Positions 46,972 to 56,468 of a stretch of DNA of 63,280 nt are shown one piece after another. The notes below the pieces were generated by a model, which did no database searches, was not told the DNA's origin, and was given only the letters and a program-made list of their open reading frames with translations. The stretch is from Candidatus Poribacteria bacterium (GTDB lineage: Bacteria > Poribacteria > WGA-4E > WGA-3G): the NCBI GenBank assembly GCA_022822275.1, contig JAJEBZ010000043.1, positions 1-63,280 of the forward strand. The letters are read 5' to 3'. Position 1 is the first letter of the stretch. Each line of letters begins with the position of its first letter. Both the position numbers and the translations under genes were made by a program.

Positions 46972-48157
46972 TAGTCAAAGGATCTCCGAATTCAAAGTAC
47001 CCTTCCATCCAAAGTTCCCCCAACTTCGCCCCTTCGTCCAAAAACTCCTTGATTCCCTGCATGTCAGAGGTGCGTTTACATACCGTAAATCCGTTATCAT
47101 CTCGATAAAGCACCCATACCTCATTTGCACGAAATTCGTTAACAAAGTGCGGCGAATGGGTTGTAATCATGAGTTGGGACAATGCTGTAACCTTATGACA
47201 TTCCTCAGCTAATCCGGATAACAAGCGAGGGTGTAGATAGTTTTCAGGTTCTTCAATACCAATTAACTGCGGTGGTTCTGGGTCATATAATAAGGTCAAA
47301 TAAGACAACATTTTCAGCGTTCCATCAGAAGCAAACTTTGCCAAAATGGGATGATCAAACGGTGCGTCTTTTATTTGTAACAATAACCTTCCATCTGCCA
47401 TGATTTCAGCATCTACTTTCTCTAAACGAGGGACTCTTTGAGATAATATTGATAGAATCTTCTTCAAACGCGGTTGATATTGCTCTTTTAAATATTGAAT
47501 AACATTTGGCAAATTATCACCTGATTCGGATAATCTTTCTTGAGGTCCGGCTTCAGGAACACCTCGTGTCGCATCTGCAGAAAGATAGGAAAGGTGCCAT
47601 CCTGTAATAAAGCGACGCAATGCACTGACACGTGGATGCCTCGCTAATTGTCCCAATGTGCTTACAGCAAGCATTGATGGGTCATCAAGTTGTTCATTGA
47701 TTCGCTCTTCTCCTTCATCAGGTGTTTCACCACCTATTACACGACCAGCACCTTCTTGAAAATCAAGAAAGCGAAAAGGTTTTCCTCTACTACCACGTCG
47801 CCATTGCAACCATTCAGCATCAACATAAGGTCCTTTTTTGCCTTCATAAATAGATAAATGGTAAGTGATAATTGGTGTCTTAGGTTTTTCACGATATTTC
47901 AGTTCAAATTCAATTGGTTCATTGCTTCCGCGTGTCCTTAACTCTTTAAAACGACCTCTCTTGTCCCATGCTCTTCGCATCCCCTCCGTGAAACATTCTG
48001 CAAGAAATGCAAAGACATCAAAAAGCGTTGATTTTCCGCTACCGTTTGAACCTAAAAAGGCTGTTAATGGTGTGATTTTTTTTAATTCTACATCACGTAA
48101 TGCGCGATAATTTTTCACTCGTAATGATTCAATGCGAGGTACAGTTTGTTGTGGCAT
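46949..48157 (-). CDS. ABC-type (AAA_21/AAA_15-like) ATPase
   Basis: [28 protein letters not shown] (Walker A), [13 protein letters not shown] (Walker B / D-loop), MITTHSPHF (H-loop). Confidence 0.8.
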   Translation of the reverse strand: MPQQTVPRIESLRVKNYRALRDVELKKITPLTAFLGSNGSGKSTLFDVFAFLAECFTEGMRRAWDKRGRFKELRTRGSNEPIEFELKYREKPKTPIITYHLSIYEGKKGPYVDAEWLQWRRGSRGKPFRFLDFQEGAGRVIGGETPDEGEERINEQLDDPSMLAVSTLGQLARHPRVSALRRFITGWHLSYLSADATRGVPEAGPQERLSESGDNLPNVIQYLKEQYQPRLKKILSILSQRVPRLEKVDAEIMADGRLLLQIKDAPFDHPILAKFASDGTLKMLSYLTLLYDPEPPQLIGIEEPENYLHPRLLSGLAEECHKVTALSQLMITTHSPHFVNEFRANEVWVLYRDDNGFTVCKRTSDMQGIKEFLDEGAKLGELWMEGYFEFGDPLTNAGGPKV

Positions 48158-48206
48158 TATTTACCTCAAATACCTAATTGTCTTAATTACACTTTTCTTA
48201 TACTGT

Positions 48207-48986
48207 TTACGGCATCCAGATATTCCACTCTCCTTTTTTCTGCCATGCGCGGCAATCATAGCACAGGCACATAAAACGAATTGCGAAACGAGGCGAAGTA
48301 TCAACATTCATCGTACCAGCATGCGGCAATAGGTGATGAAAAAAGAGGACATCTCCTTGTTTAGCGACAACTTCCATCGGTTCACCTAAATCCAACTCTG
48401 TAAACTGGGCACGCATATCATGAACATGGTCAGAAAACTTTGGATTCTTTTTCCGAAATGCCCGAATCCGTTCTGGTCCTTCAGGCCAAATCATTGTCGT
48501 GCCTTGATGCTGCTTTGCATCAGTAAGATATGTTAAGCTGGTCGCTCGGAATGTGCCAGGGTCCAATCGTAAATCCCGAAAGTCTCCATCGAGATGGGGT
48601 GTAGGAGGTTTCCACTTCGCATTTATTGGAAATTGATTAATTGCCCAAATACCATCAGGTTCATGACTCTTACAGTGTGGGATAGACGGATATTTTTGAG
48701 CAAGTTGTTTTAGGACATCAAGATAATCTGGTGTGCAACATGCTAACACGTCTGGATGTGTTAAACCGTATAGTTCAACCCGCTTCCCTTTTGCGAGTTT
48801 TTCTATATAGAAACCTGTGAGAAATGGCCGTTTGAAGTGTTGCCATGTATCAGGAGCATCAGCATCCATACCCAGCGAATGCCACATCGCTTGTTCCGCT
48901 TTTTGGATAGTGTCAATCGGAATCAAACCAGAAAGTAGTAAAAATCCCTGTTCGTCAAAGTGCCTTAGTTGTGAAGTAGATAGCAT
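48207..48986 (-). CDS. PhyH-family Fe(II)/2OG oxygenase
   Basis: LSTSQLRHFDEQGFLLLSGLI, PHLDGDF (HxD), FFHHLLPHAGTMN. Confidence 0.7.
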   Translation of the reverse strand: MLSTSQLRHFDEQGFLLLSGLIPIDTIQKAEQAMWHSLGMDADAPDTWQHFKRPFLTGFYIEKLAKGKRVELYGLTHPDVLACCTPDYLDVLKQLAQKYPSIPHCKSHEPDGIWAINQFPINAKWKPPTPHLDGDFRDLRLDPGTFRATSLTYLTDAKQHQGTTMIWPEGPERIRAFRKKNPKFSDHVHDMRAQFTELDLGEPMEVVAKQGDVLFFHHLLPHAGTMNVDTSPRFAIRFMCLCYDCRAWQKKGEWNIWMP

Positions 48987-49005
48987 TCTATGTGCCTTAT
49001 AAAAC

Positions 49006-49845
49006 TCAGACTATAGTAAGTTTTGAAACATCAGTATTGGGTTCAGGGAATTTCATTTTCAAGTTTTCAAGGGTTTTGACAATGCGTTCAGTGATGACAA
49101 GGTCTCGGTACCATTTTTTATTTGCAGGAATTATATACCAAGGTGCCCATTCAGTACTACATTTCTCAAGAACGACTTCATACGCCTGCATGTATTTCTC
49201 CCAGTAGGTGCGTTCGTAGAAATCACCTTCGTTGACCTTCCAATGCTTTGAAGGCGTGTTTATGCGGGATTCAAGCCGTTCCTTTTGTTCATCTTTTGAT
49301 ATATTTAGGAAAAACTTCAAGATTACCGTTCCATTTTCCACAAGCATTCTTTCAAAATCATTGATTTGTTGGTAACGTTTTTCCCAAACTGACTTCGGAA
49401 CGAGATCGTGAACACGAACCACCAGTACATCCTCATAATGTGACCGGTTGAAAATTCCAATCTTGCCTTTCCGCGGCACAGATTTATGTACTCGCCACAA
49501 GTAATCACGGGAAAGTTCATCTACTGTGGGTGCTTTAAAATTTACAACTTCACAACCCTGCACGTTGATACCTGCCATTACTTTCCTAATGGTACCATCT
49601 TTGCCGCATGTGTCCATACCTTGCAAAATAATAAGCAGAGCATGTTTACCTTCTGCGTACAGTATTTCCTGAAGTTCAAGCAATTCTTTATGTAGTTTTT
49701 TCAAAGGTTTTTTCGCATCATCTTTTTTATTGTAAGAACCAGTATTATCGGGATTACGATTAGATGAACGACTCTTTTTTCCACCACCTATAAGGCTGAT
49801 ACTTTCTCCTGGTTTTACAATAAAAGGTTGTTCCATAATACACAC
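49006..49845 (-). CDS. ppk2: Polyphosphate kinase 2 (PPK2) family protein
   Basis: ALLIILQGMDTCGKDGTIRKV (P-loop), RDYLWRVHKSVPRKGKIGIFNRSHYEDV, WYIIPANKKW. Confidence 0.9.
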   Translation of the reverse strand: MCIMEQPFIVKPGESISLIGGGKKSRSSNRNPDNTGSYNKKDDAKKPLKKLHKELLELQEILYAEGKHALLIILQGMDTCGKDGTIRKVMAGINVQGCEVVNFKAPTVDELSRDYLWRVHKSVPRKGKIGIFNRSHYEDVLVVRVHDLVPKSVWEKRYQQINDFERMLVENGTVILKFFLNISKDEQKERLESRINTPSKHWKVNEGDFYERTYWEKYMQAYEVVLEKCSTEWAPWYIIPANKKWYRDLVITERIVKTLENLKMKFPEPNTDVSKLTIV

Positions 49846-49912
49846 TCCATTAGATTCTATGTAGTTTTATTTGCAAAATAAAAAGTGTTAGTCAATTTAT
49901 CAAATACTTAAC

Positions 49913-50032
49913 AGGACTTACGCATTTTCTCTTAAAGTCCCCTTGATAAGGGGGACTTAGGGGGTTAAATCGCTAAAATAACGCCTTTTTAACCCCCCTT
50001 ATCAAGGGGGGGATGGGGGATGCGTAAGTCCT
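49913..50032. repeat. Palindromic element, AGGACTTACGCA family, copy 2
   Basis: Collinear with 17447-17566; termini AGGACTTACGCA / TGCGTAAGTCCT. Confidence 0.65.
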
Positions 50033-50113
50033 GCCTAATTCAAATTCACAATATCGCGTGTGCGGTAACTCGGGGTTAGAAACCCCTCGGACGATTTATG
50101 AGATAGGTTGTAA

Positions 50114-50156
50114 AATTGTAGGGACAACCGGGAACTTCCGTATTGTCCCTACAATT
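50114..50156 (-). terminator. Perfect 14-bp-stem hairpin just downstream of the 50176-53664 gene
   Basis: AATTGTAGGGACAA, 15 nt loop, TTGTCCCTACAATT. Only a weak T-tract on the minus strand. Confidence 0.4.
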
Positions 50157-50175
50157 ATTTATAAAATAGAAATTC

Positions 50176-53100
50176 CTATTTCGCTAATGACTCATAATAG
50201 TTATCAACAAGTTTGCGGTATTCAGGTGGGACATCTTCTTTTGCAACTTGCGTCAATTGCTTTTTCTCTTGAAGTTGATTCAAACGTTCCTCTAAAGCGG
50301 ATTCTAACTTCTGTAAAGACCGTATTGCAAGTTCATAATTCGGTAAGGGACGTGAACGATTACTTCTTGATGGCGGCTGCATGGAATCCAGCATTTCAAG
50401 CCACAACTCTTTTATCTCGCGATACGATTCAACACCACCACGCGCCATTTCAGTATCGTTTTCTGTTTGCCCTTCCTGTCCGGGTTGTTGTCCCTCCTGT
50501 CCGGGTTGTTGTCCTTCCTGAGCATTTTGCATGGCTTCTTGGGCTTCTTGCATACGTTCTGTCAATTGTTGATTCTGCTCAGCAAGTTGTTGTTCACGTT
50601 GCTGTTGTTCTTCGCTCTGTTCTTGTCCTTCCATCCCCTCTTGTTCACGCTGCATATCTTGCATCTGCTCTTCAAAGGTTTCAAGTTGTTCAAGGGCAGC
50701 TTCAAGTTGCTCTTCTTCGGTTTGTGCCATATTGGCCCTCGCTTGTTGAAGATCCGCTTGTGCTTGTTCAAGTGTTTCAACAACTTCCTGTTGATTCAAA
50801 TCAGCAGATTGTAAACTACGCCATTGCAATGCACGCTGTGCTGTTGCCATATCCTCTGCAGTCTGTTCTTGTGAAAGTCTTTCAGAGGCATCAGCAACAT
50901 TTTCAGCAGCTTCAGGATTTTCCTGATTCAACTGTTCTTGAAGATTATCCAAGTTCTCCTCAAGTGACTCTAAGTCACGTTGAAGTTGCCGCTGTTGATT
51001 AGCAAGTTCGGAGGCTTGCCGATAATCCTCAGTACTCATCCCACCTTGTTGCTGAGACCGATTTCTCAGTTCTTGTGTCTGCTGTTGTACTTGAGATTGT
51101 TCCTCAGTCATCTGTTGAAGTTGCTGTGCTGCTCTTTCTAATGCGTTATCTGTAAATTCAGCAGATGCTTTTTCAAGTTGTTCAATCGCTTCCTCAAGTC
51201 TTTCTTCAGCCTTTTCACCCTTTGCAGCACTCATTTGGGGTTGCTGCTGTTGCATCCCTTGCGATGCTTGTTGCATCTGTTCACTCGCTTGCTGCATGGA
51301 CTGTCCTGCTTGTGCAAGACGTTGTTGTTGTGGATCTTGTGCATTACCCTGCATTTGACCGAGTTGTTGCGACATCTGTTGTGCTTGTTGTGACAACTGC
51401 CCCTGTTGTTGACTGTTCTGTTGCATATCGCTTGGAGAGGGTTGATCTTGTCTACCCATCTCTTGACTCTGTTCATTCAGATTCTGTTGTTGTTCCAGCA
51501 TTTCACGTGCTTGGTCCAACATCTGCTGCGTCTGTTCCTGCAATTGCTCATCAAGTTCTTCTTGGTTCTGCTCCAACTCGTTCTGCAAGTCCTCCAATTC
51601 CATCTCAAGATTTTCAGCCATCTGAGGTTGGTTTGACCTTGCTTGCTGCAGAACTTTGGGCATTTCAAGATCCACTTTAATCAGCAATTCAAGTGCAGCT
51701 TGTTCAGGTGGAATTGCTTCCATAGGTTTGGTAGCATTTAACTCATCCATCGCTTCACCCATTTTGTCAACTGCCTCCTCAAGGTTCATCATAATTTCTG
51801 GAGGTATAGATTGTTCCTGCATCTGCATGCTGAAGTTATCTACTACCTCTTGCGTTTTATCCTTGACTTCACCCTGTTTTTCCGCAGTTTTCTTAACATC
51901 TGATGCAAATTCTTCTGTAGCAATTTCCGGTTGGCTGTTAACATGAGTCCAAGTTTCCCGAATCACCTGCTTCTGAAGAGCGATCAATCCTGGCATAGGG
52001 TTAGGCATGCCTTCCATATCCATAGGTTCTTGATCCTCATATCTCCGATTGAAAGGTTTGACCTCTATGAAGTAAATATCACTTCTTGCTTCACTCGGTC
52101 CTGTTAACGTATTATTGTCAACCGCATGTGCATAGTAAGAAATGACTTGACCAGGTTCAATGTCAAATTCCTCCAGATAAAACGTATAGGTCCCGCTGCG
52201 CACCTTTTTACCTGATTGCATATCTGTTGCCTCTACTGCAAACTCACCTGTCGCTTCTAATGCAACCTCTTTCAATTCCCCCGCACCTATGCGATACTTC
52301 AGATTAAGCTCTTCAACGCCAAAATCATCCGTAGCCTCAGCAACGATTTTAACCTCTTCCAGTTTTGTCGCTTTCACATCGCGCCCGGGTTCCTTAACAA
52401 CCACTTTCGGGGGTTTATCAGGTATCGCTTTGATAGAATATTCAATTGGAATTTCATTGTGGAATTCATCAATACAGAATAGGTCTACAGTGTATTTGCC
52501 ATTTTCGGTGACTTCAATTGTTGTCGTGAGTGTATTTCCATCTGCAATAGTCATCTCAAGAGAATTTGTAGAAGCGGTATCACTTTCACCAACATCTTCA
52601 GTTGTAGCAGCTTTCTTCTTACTTTGCATGGTGAACGTGGCTTTCTGGATTGCCTTATTCGTAGTAAATCTAATTTCTGCTGAAGTGCCGACAATCGCCT
52701 TAATATCGCCACTACCTTGCTGAACAACTGGGGATAAATCTGTATATTCAGGATAGGTATAAGAAACAGAAACATCCTCTACACGCGGCATCTCAAAGAC
52801 TTCTACAGTAAAACTTTCAGATGTCGTCTCATTCGCTACAACGTAATACTCCATCTCCTTTTCAATATTGAAAATCTCATAAGCAAAACCCCGTTTGTCA
52901 TCAGGATTCTGCAACATATTGATTTCCTGCTTGCTACCTTCGTCTTCTGCCGTTGGTGGATTGTCCTTATCATAGTAGGCCAAGACAACCTTATCTGCAT
53001 CTTTACCTGTTACAGTTACTTTAATGGGTAAACTCTTGCCGCGAAGGATACGAGCGTCCCCTGGGGTAACATCAACCTTAGTTGTCATTATTGGGTCGGT

Positions 53101-53664
53101 CTTTTCCCACGGCACAAGCAACCGCATCAGACTCGTCTGAGTTTCTGTTGGAAAAAGAAGTGTTAGTAAACCACAAGCAGCAATCACTAATGCAGCAATG
53201 CCGACATACTTGCGTGTTCTACTGTGGTCAACCGTGGCTTTGAAATCAATGCCTTTAATACGATCAACGGTATCCGTAAGCAAACGTTGAAGCATGTGTG
53301 CCTCAATCGGATCATCAGTCTCTCTTGAGCCAAATTGGACAGCACTCACGAGACGATCTTCAAGGTCCGGATGACTCTGTTCAACGTTAAGTGCAACATC
53401 CCGAAGACTCAGCGCAGCTCTAATCGGAACAATCAAGTGTCTATACAAAAGGTAAATAGTTGCACCAACGATCCCTACCAACAATACGATCCGAACCGCA
53501 CTTGGAAGCGGCATCAACCAATCTACAATTGAACCCCCTACCAGAATTGCCAACAATCCTATCAGGACTATCGCAGCCCCAGTCCAGAACAGGCTTCGTT
53601 TCCACACACGCCGCGCAGCTAATATCTTCGTTTGTAGTTCTGTATATTCTTCTCTTCTTTCCAT
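50176..53664 (-). CDS. DUF4175-like membrane-anchored protein with a ~450 aa Gln/Glu-rich coiled-coil region
   Basis: Two N-terminal TM segments, a beta-rich middle and a Q/E low-complexity region. The C-terminal PPEYRKLVDNYYESLAK recalls proteins I remember from Bat/MoxR-vWA type operons; this is a family recollection and is unverified. Confidence 0.6.
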   Translation of the reverse strand: MERREEYTELQTKILAARRVWKRSLFWTGAAIVLIGLLAILVGGSIVDWLMPLPSAVRIVLLVGIVGATIYLLYRHLIVPIRAALSLRDVALNVEQSHPDLEDRLVSAVQFGSRETDDPIEAHMLQRLLTDTVDRIKGIDFKATVDHSRTRKYVGIAALVIAACGLLTLLFPTETQTSLMRLLVPWEKTDPIMTTKVDVTPGDARILRGKSLPIKVTVTGKDADKVVLAYYDKDNPPTAEDEGSKQEINMLQNPDDKRGFAYEIFNIEKEMEYYVVANETTSESFTVEVFEMPRVEDVSVSYTYPEYTDLSPVVQQGSGDIKAIVGTSAEIRFTTNKAIQKATFTMQSKKKAATTEDVGESDTASTNSLEMTIADGNTLTTTIEVTENGKYTVDLFCIDEFHNEIPIEYSIKAIPDKPPKVVVKEPGRDVKATKLEEVKIVAEATDDFGVEELNLKYRIGAGELKEVALEATGEFAVEATDMQSGKKVRSGTYTFYLEEFDIEPGQVISYYAHAVDNNTLTGPSEARSDIYFIEVKPFNRRYEDQEPMDMEGMPNPMPGLIALQKQVIRETWTHVNSQPEIATEEFASDVKKTAEKQGEVKDKTQEVVDNFSMQMQEQSIPPEIMMNLEEAVDKMGEAMDELNATKPMEAIPPEQAALELLIKVDLEMPKVLQQARSNQPQMAENLEMELEDLQNELEQNQEELDEQLQEQTQQMLDQAREMLEQQQNLNEQSQEMGRQDQPSPSDMQQNSQQQGQLSQQAQQMSQQLGQMQGNAQDPQQQRLAQAGQSMQQASEQMQQASQGMQQQQPQMSAAKGEKAEERLEEAIEQLEKASAEFTDNALERAAQQLQQMTEEQSQVQQQTQELRNRSQQQGGMSTEDYRQASELANQQRQLQRDLESLEENLDNLQEQLNQENPEAAENVADASERLSQEQTAEDMATAQRALQWRSLQSADLNQQEVVETLEQAQADLQQARANMAQTEEEQLEAALEQLETFEEQMQDMQREQEGMEGQEQSEEQQQREQQLAEQNQQLTERMQEAQEAMQNAQEGQQPGQEGQQPGQEGQTENDTEMARGGVESYREIKELWLEMLDSMQPPSRSNRSRPLPNYELAIRSLQKLESALEERLNQLQEKKQLTQVAKEDVPPEYRKLVDNYYESLAK

Positions 53665-54109
53665 TATATTCTCCTCTTTTCACATCAACTCTTATTTTAA
53701 TAGGTTTTCAACTACTTGTGCATTATTACATTTTATTCTTATGAAACAGTTTTGCATGCACAATTATCATCAGAAGCAGGCACGGTTTTGACTCAATCAA
53801 TACCACATGCAGTAGTTAGACAAGTGTTAATTCGGCATACGGATATATTAGAATCAAGTGAGTTTTGGTTTTGCTGAACGCGTCTGTCTATTTAATGTTA
53901 ACCCTAAACAGTAATTCAAGTTCCAAATTAGTTTTTTCGGCAAAAAGTAGTATGCTGAATCTTTAATATATAAGACCTAATTGTAACCAAAAAGTTGGAA
54001 AATTGGTTTGCTTATATAGAATGATAAATGAATAATGAATACAATGTACAGCCTTGAATAATAATATAACAGAAAAAGTTAACTTTAAGCAAGCGTTTTT
54101 TGCAGAAAA

Positions 54110-54640
54110 AGGTGTGTAAAGTTTTTTGGCACCTCACACTATTGGATATATATTGAATATATATTGGATATATATTGTTCCCAATCCCGATTAAGTTAGA
54201 ATAATCCTTCACGATCACTTATAATATTATGGCAAAAATACAAACATATAACATTCAAAATAATGAAAACACAATGCAAACATTCAAAACTACAATAAAC
54301 CTGACTCACAATGGACAGAAAATAAATCAAAAAAACATCAATATAAACGGACAAAAAAAGGGACAAATTCCAAAAAGCTAATTAAAAAAATTGCAATTTG
54401 CAAAAAAACCTTAGTCAGCCCTTACCACAACTGGATTAAAAGCAAATTTGCAAATCTTACCATGGTATGAAATTTCTTACCACGTGGTAAGATTTGCAAA
54501 ATCAGAGCAACCCAAAATTGAATGTATTTATCGGTAAAAAAAAACACTAAAAACTTGTCAAATAGGTTAGTAAAGTTTGCCCTATTTGACTTTAAGTTAA
54601 ACTGATTAAACACCTTCACCGATTTCACGTCAAAATGAAT
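54110..54640 (+). repeat. Composite intergenic element: GGTGTGTAAAGTTTTTT border, AT tandem repeats, A-rich tract, palindrome block
   Basis: Border motif at 54110-54126. TGGATATATAT/TGAATATATAT x3 at about 54143-54178. A-rich, G-poor tract at 54230-54420. The block at 54421-54530 is an inverted copy of 14085-14190. Confidence 0.55.
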
Positions 54641-54762
54641 ACCCGTTCTAATCCACAGAACGAGAAAGTTTTTCCTGGAGGATTCTCACCATTCGCAGTC
54701 TATTCGGTCTAAAAAAATACGTCAAACGATACCGATACGCCATACTGTTTAGTTTCATTTTA

Positions 54763-56454
54763 GTGATTCTAACCAATGGGTTGCTGCTAATTAGTCCAAT
54801 AATACTACGAGTATTTTTCAATGAGTTGGAACAGGATTTCAGGGACCCAGATTTTTCAATATCTCAAAGACGTGTTTTATTTTTTGCAGCCTTAATATTT
54901 GGTGTTGCACTCGTCGGTGGTGTTTTCCGTTTCGGGCAACGGCGTATTATCCAAGGAGTAGCAAGGCAGATAGAATTCCATCTGCGGGCAGACTTTTTTC
55001 TCCACCTTCAAAAACTCTCTGCCTCATATTTTGACAACATCCGAACAGGCGATCTGATGACGCGTGCCACAAGCGATCTGAACGCAATAAGAATGGTGCT
55101 GAGTAGTGCTATCATTTATACTGCTGATGCAATAGTGTTTTTTGGGTTTGCACTTGTGATTATGGTTCGCATTGATACATCCTTGACTCTTGTTGCCTTG
55201 TTACCGTATCCAATTCTTGCGTTTATTATACGGCTACTTGGTAAACACATTCACGCTCATTACGAACGCATACAAGAGGCGTTTTCTACGATGAATACCA
55301 AGGTGCAAGAGAACTTATCAGGTGTACGTGTCGTCAAAGCGTATACGCTGGAGGCGAATGAGGTTGAACATTTCAAGGAATTGAATCAAGAGTTTGTACA
55401 TCGAAACCATAAACAGATACGTTTGATGACCTTTTTCTTCCCACTGTTTCGTTTTTTGCCGGGAATAGGTGGGGTTGTACTTCTATGGATGGGGGGAGTC
55501 CATGTGATTCAGGAGAAAATAACACTGGGTGACTTTGTTGCTTTCAACGCTTATCTCATGATGCTTGTGCGTCCAATGATAATGCTGGGGTTTATTGTGA
55601 ATACCTTTGAACGTGGTGCTGCATCAATGGGTAGGATAAACGCAATTCTGAGTGAAAAACCAGAAATATATGATGGTGAAAACGTTCAATATAATAAAAA
55701 AAGCATTGAAGGTGAAATAACTTTAAAACACCTGAATTTCAGTTATCCTGATGGGCAACCTGTTTTAAAAGACATTAACCTAACTATACAAAAAGGCACT
55801 ACACTTGCGATTGTTGGAGGTACAGGTTCAGGGAAATCAACGCTTGTAAATCTCATTCCACGTATTCGGCAAGCAGAACGTGGCACTATATTTATTGATG
55901 GTGTGGATATTCAGGATATACCCCTAAACGTTCTCCGTTCCAATATCGGTTTTGTTGAACAGGAACCCTTCCTGTTTTCTGACTACTTGAGGTATAATAT
56001 AGCCTATGGTGTTGAGGCACCGAACGATGATGAAATTAGGGATGCTGCACATACAGCAGACCTGTTGGCACAAATTGAGGAGTTTCCTGATGGATTGCAG
56101 ACCTTCCTTGGTGAACGGGGTATGACGATTTCAGGTGGACAACGACAACGGAGCGCGCTTGCGCGGGCTATTTTGATAAAACCAAAAATCCTTATCCTTG
56201 ATGACGCATTTGCCAATGTGGATACACAAACAGAGGATACAATACTCAGCAGACTTTCAGAAATTATGAAAGATCGAACGACAATACTTATTTCACATAG
56301 AATTTCTACGGTAAAAAATGCGGATCATATCATCGTATTGAACGATGGGAGTATTGTTGAGTCTGGAACACATGAACAACTCCTTGACAAGCGCGGTATT
56401 TATGCGGGTATATATGAAACGCAACTGTTGCAGGATGAACTTGAAGAACTATAG
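54763..56454 (+). CDS. ABC exporter, fused permease-ATPase (MdlA/MsbA-like half transporter); the true N-terminus probably lies upstream of the GTG
   Basis: Six TM segments, GGTGSGKST, ISGGQRQR, ILILDDA. The in-frame upstream sequence from 54652 (IRSLFGLKKYVKRYRYAILFSF) looks like the genuine N-terminus but contains no canonical start codon. Confidence 0.85.
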   Translation: MILTNGLLLISPIILRVFFNELEQDFRDPDFSISQRRVLFFAALIFGVALVGGVFRFGQRRIIQGVARQIEFHLRADFFLHLQKLSASYFDNIRTGDLMTRATSDLNAIRMVLSSAIIYTADAIVFFGFALVIMVRIDTSLTLVALLPYPILAFIIRLLGKHIHAHYERIQEAFSTMNTKVQENLSGVRVVKAYTLEANEVEHFKELNQEFVHRNHKQIRLMTFFFPLFRFLPGIGGVVLLWMGGVHVIQEKITLGDFVAFNAYLMMLVRPMIMLGFIVNTFERGAASMGRINAILSEKPEIYDGENVQYNKKSIEGEITLKHLNFSYPDGQPVLKDINLTIQKGTTLAIVGGTGSGKSTLVNLIPRIRQAERGTIFIDGVDIQDIPLNVLRSNIGFVEQEPFLFSDYLRYNIAYGVEAPNDDEIRDAAHTADLLAQIEEFPDGLQTFLGERGMTISGGQRQRSALARAILIKPKILILDDAFANVDTQTEDTILSRLSEIMKDRTTILISHRISTVKNADHIIVLNDGSIVESGTHEQLLDKRGIYAGIYETQLLQDELEEL

Positions 56455-56468
56455 AGAGGAATCTGTCT

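Noticed and set aside
50058-51680. Long plus-strand ORFs (314, 115 and 171 aa and others) opposite the 1162-aa gene
   Set aside because: They lie antisense to the Gln/Glu-rich low-complexity region. Their Leu/Val/Phe-rich translations are the mirror image of CAG/GAA-rich codons, and they have no start context.
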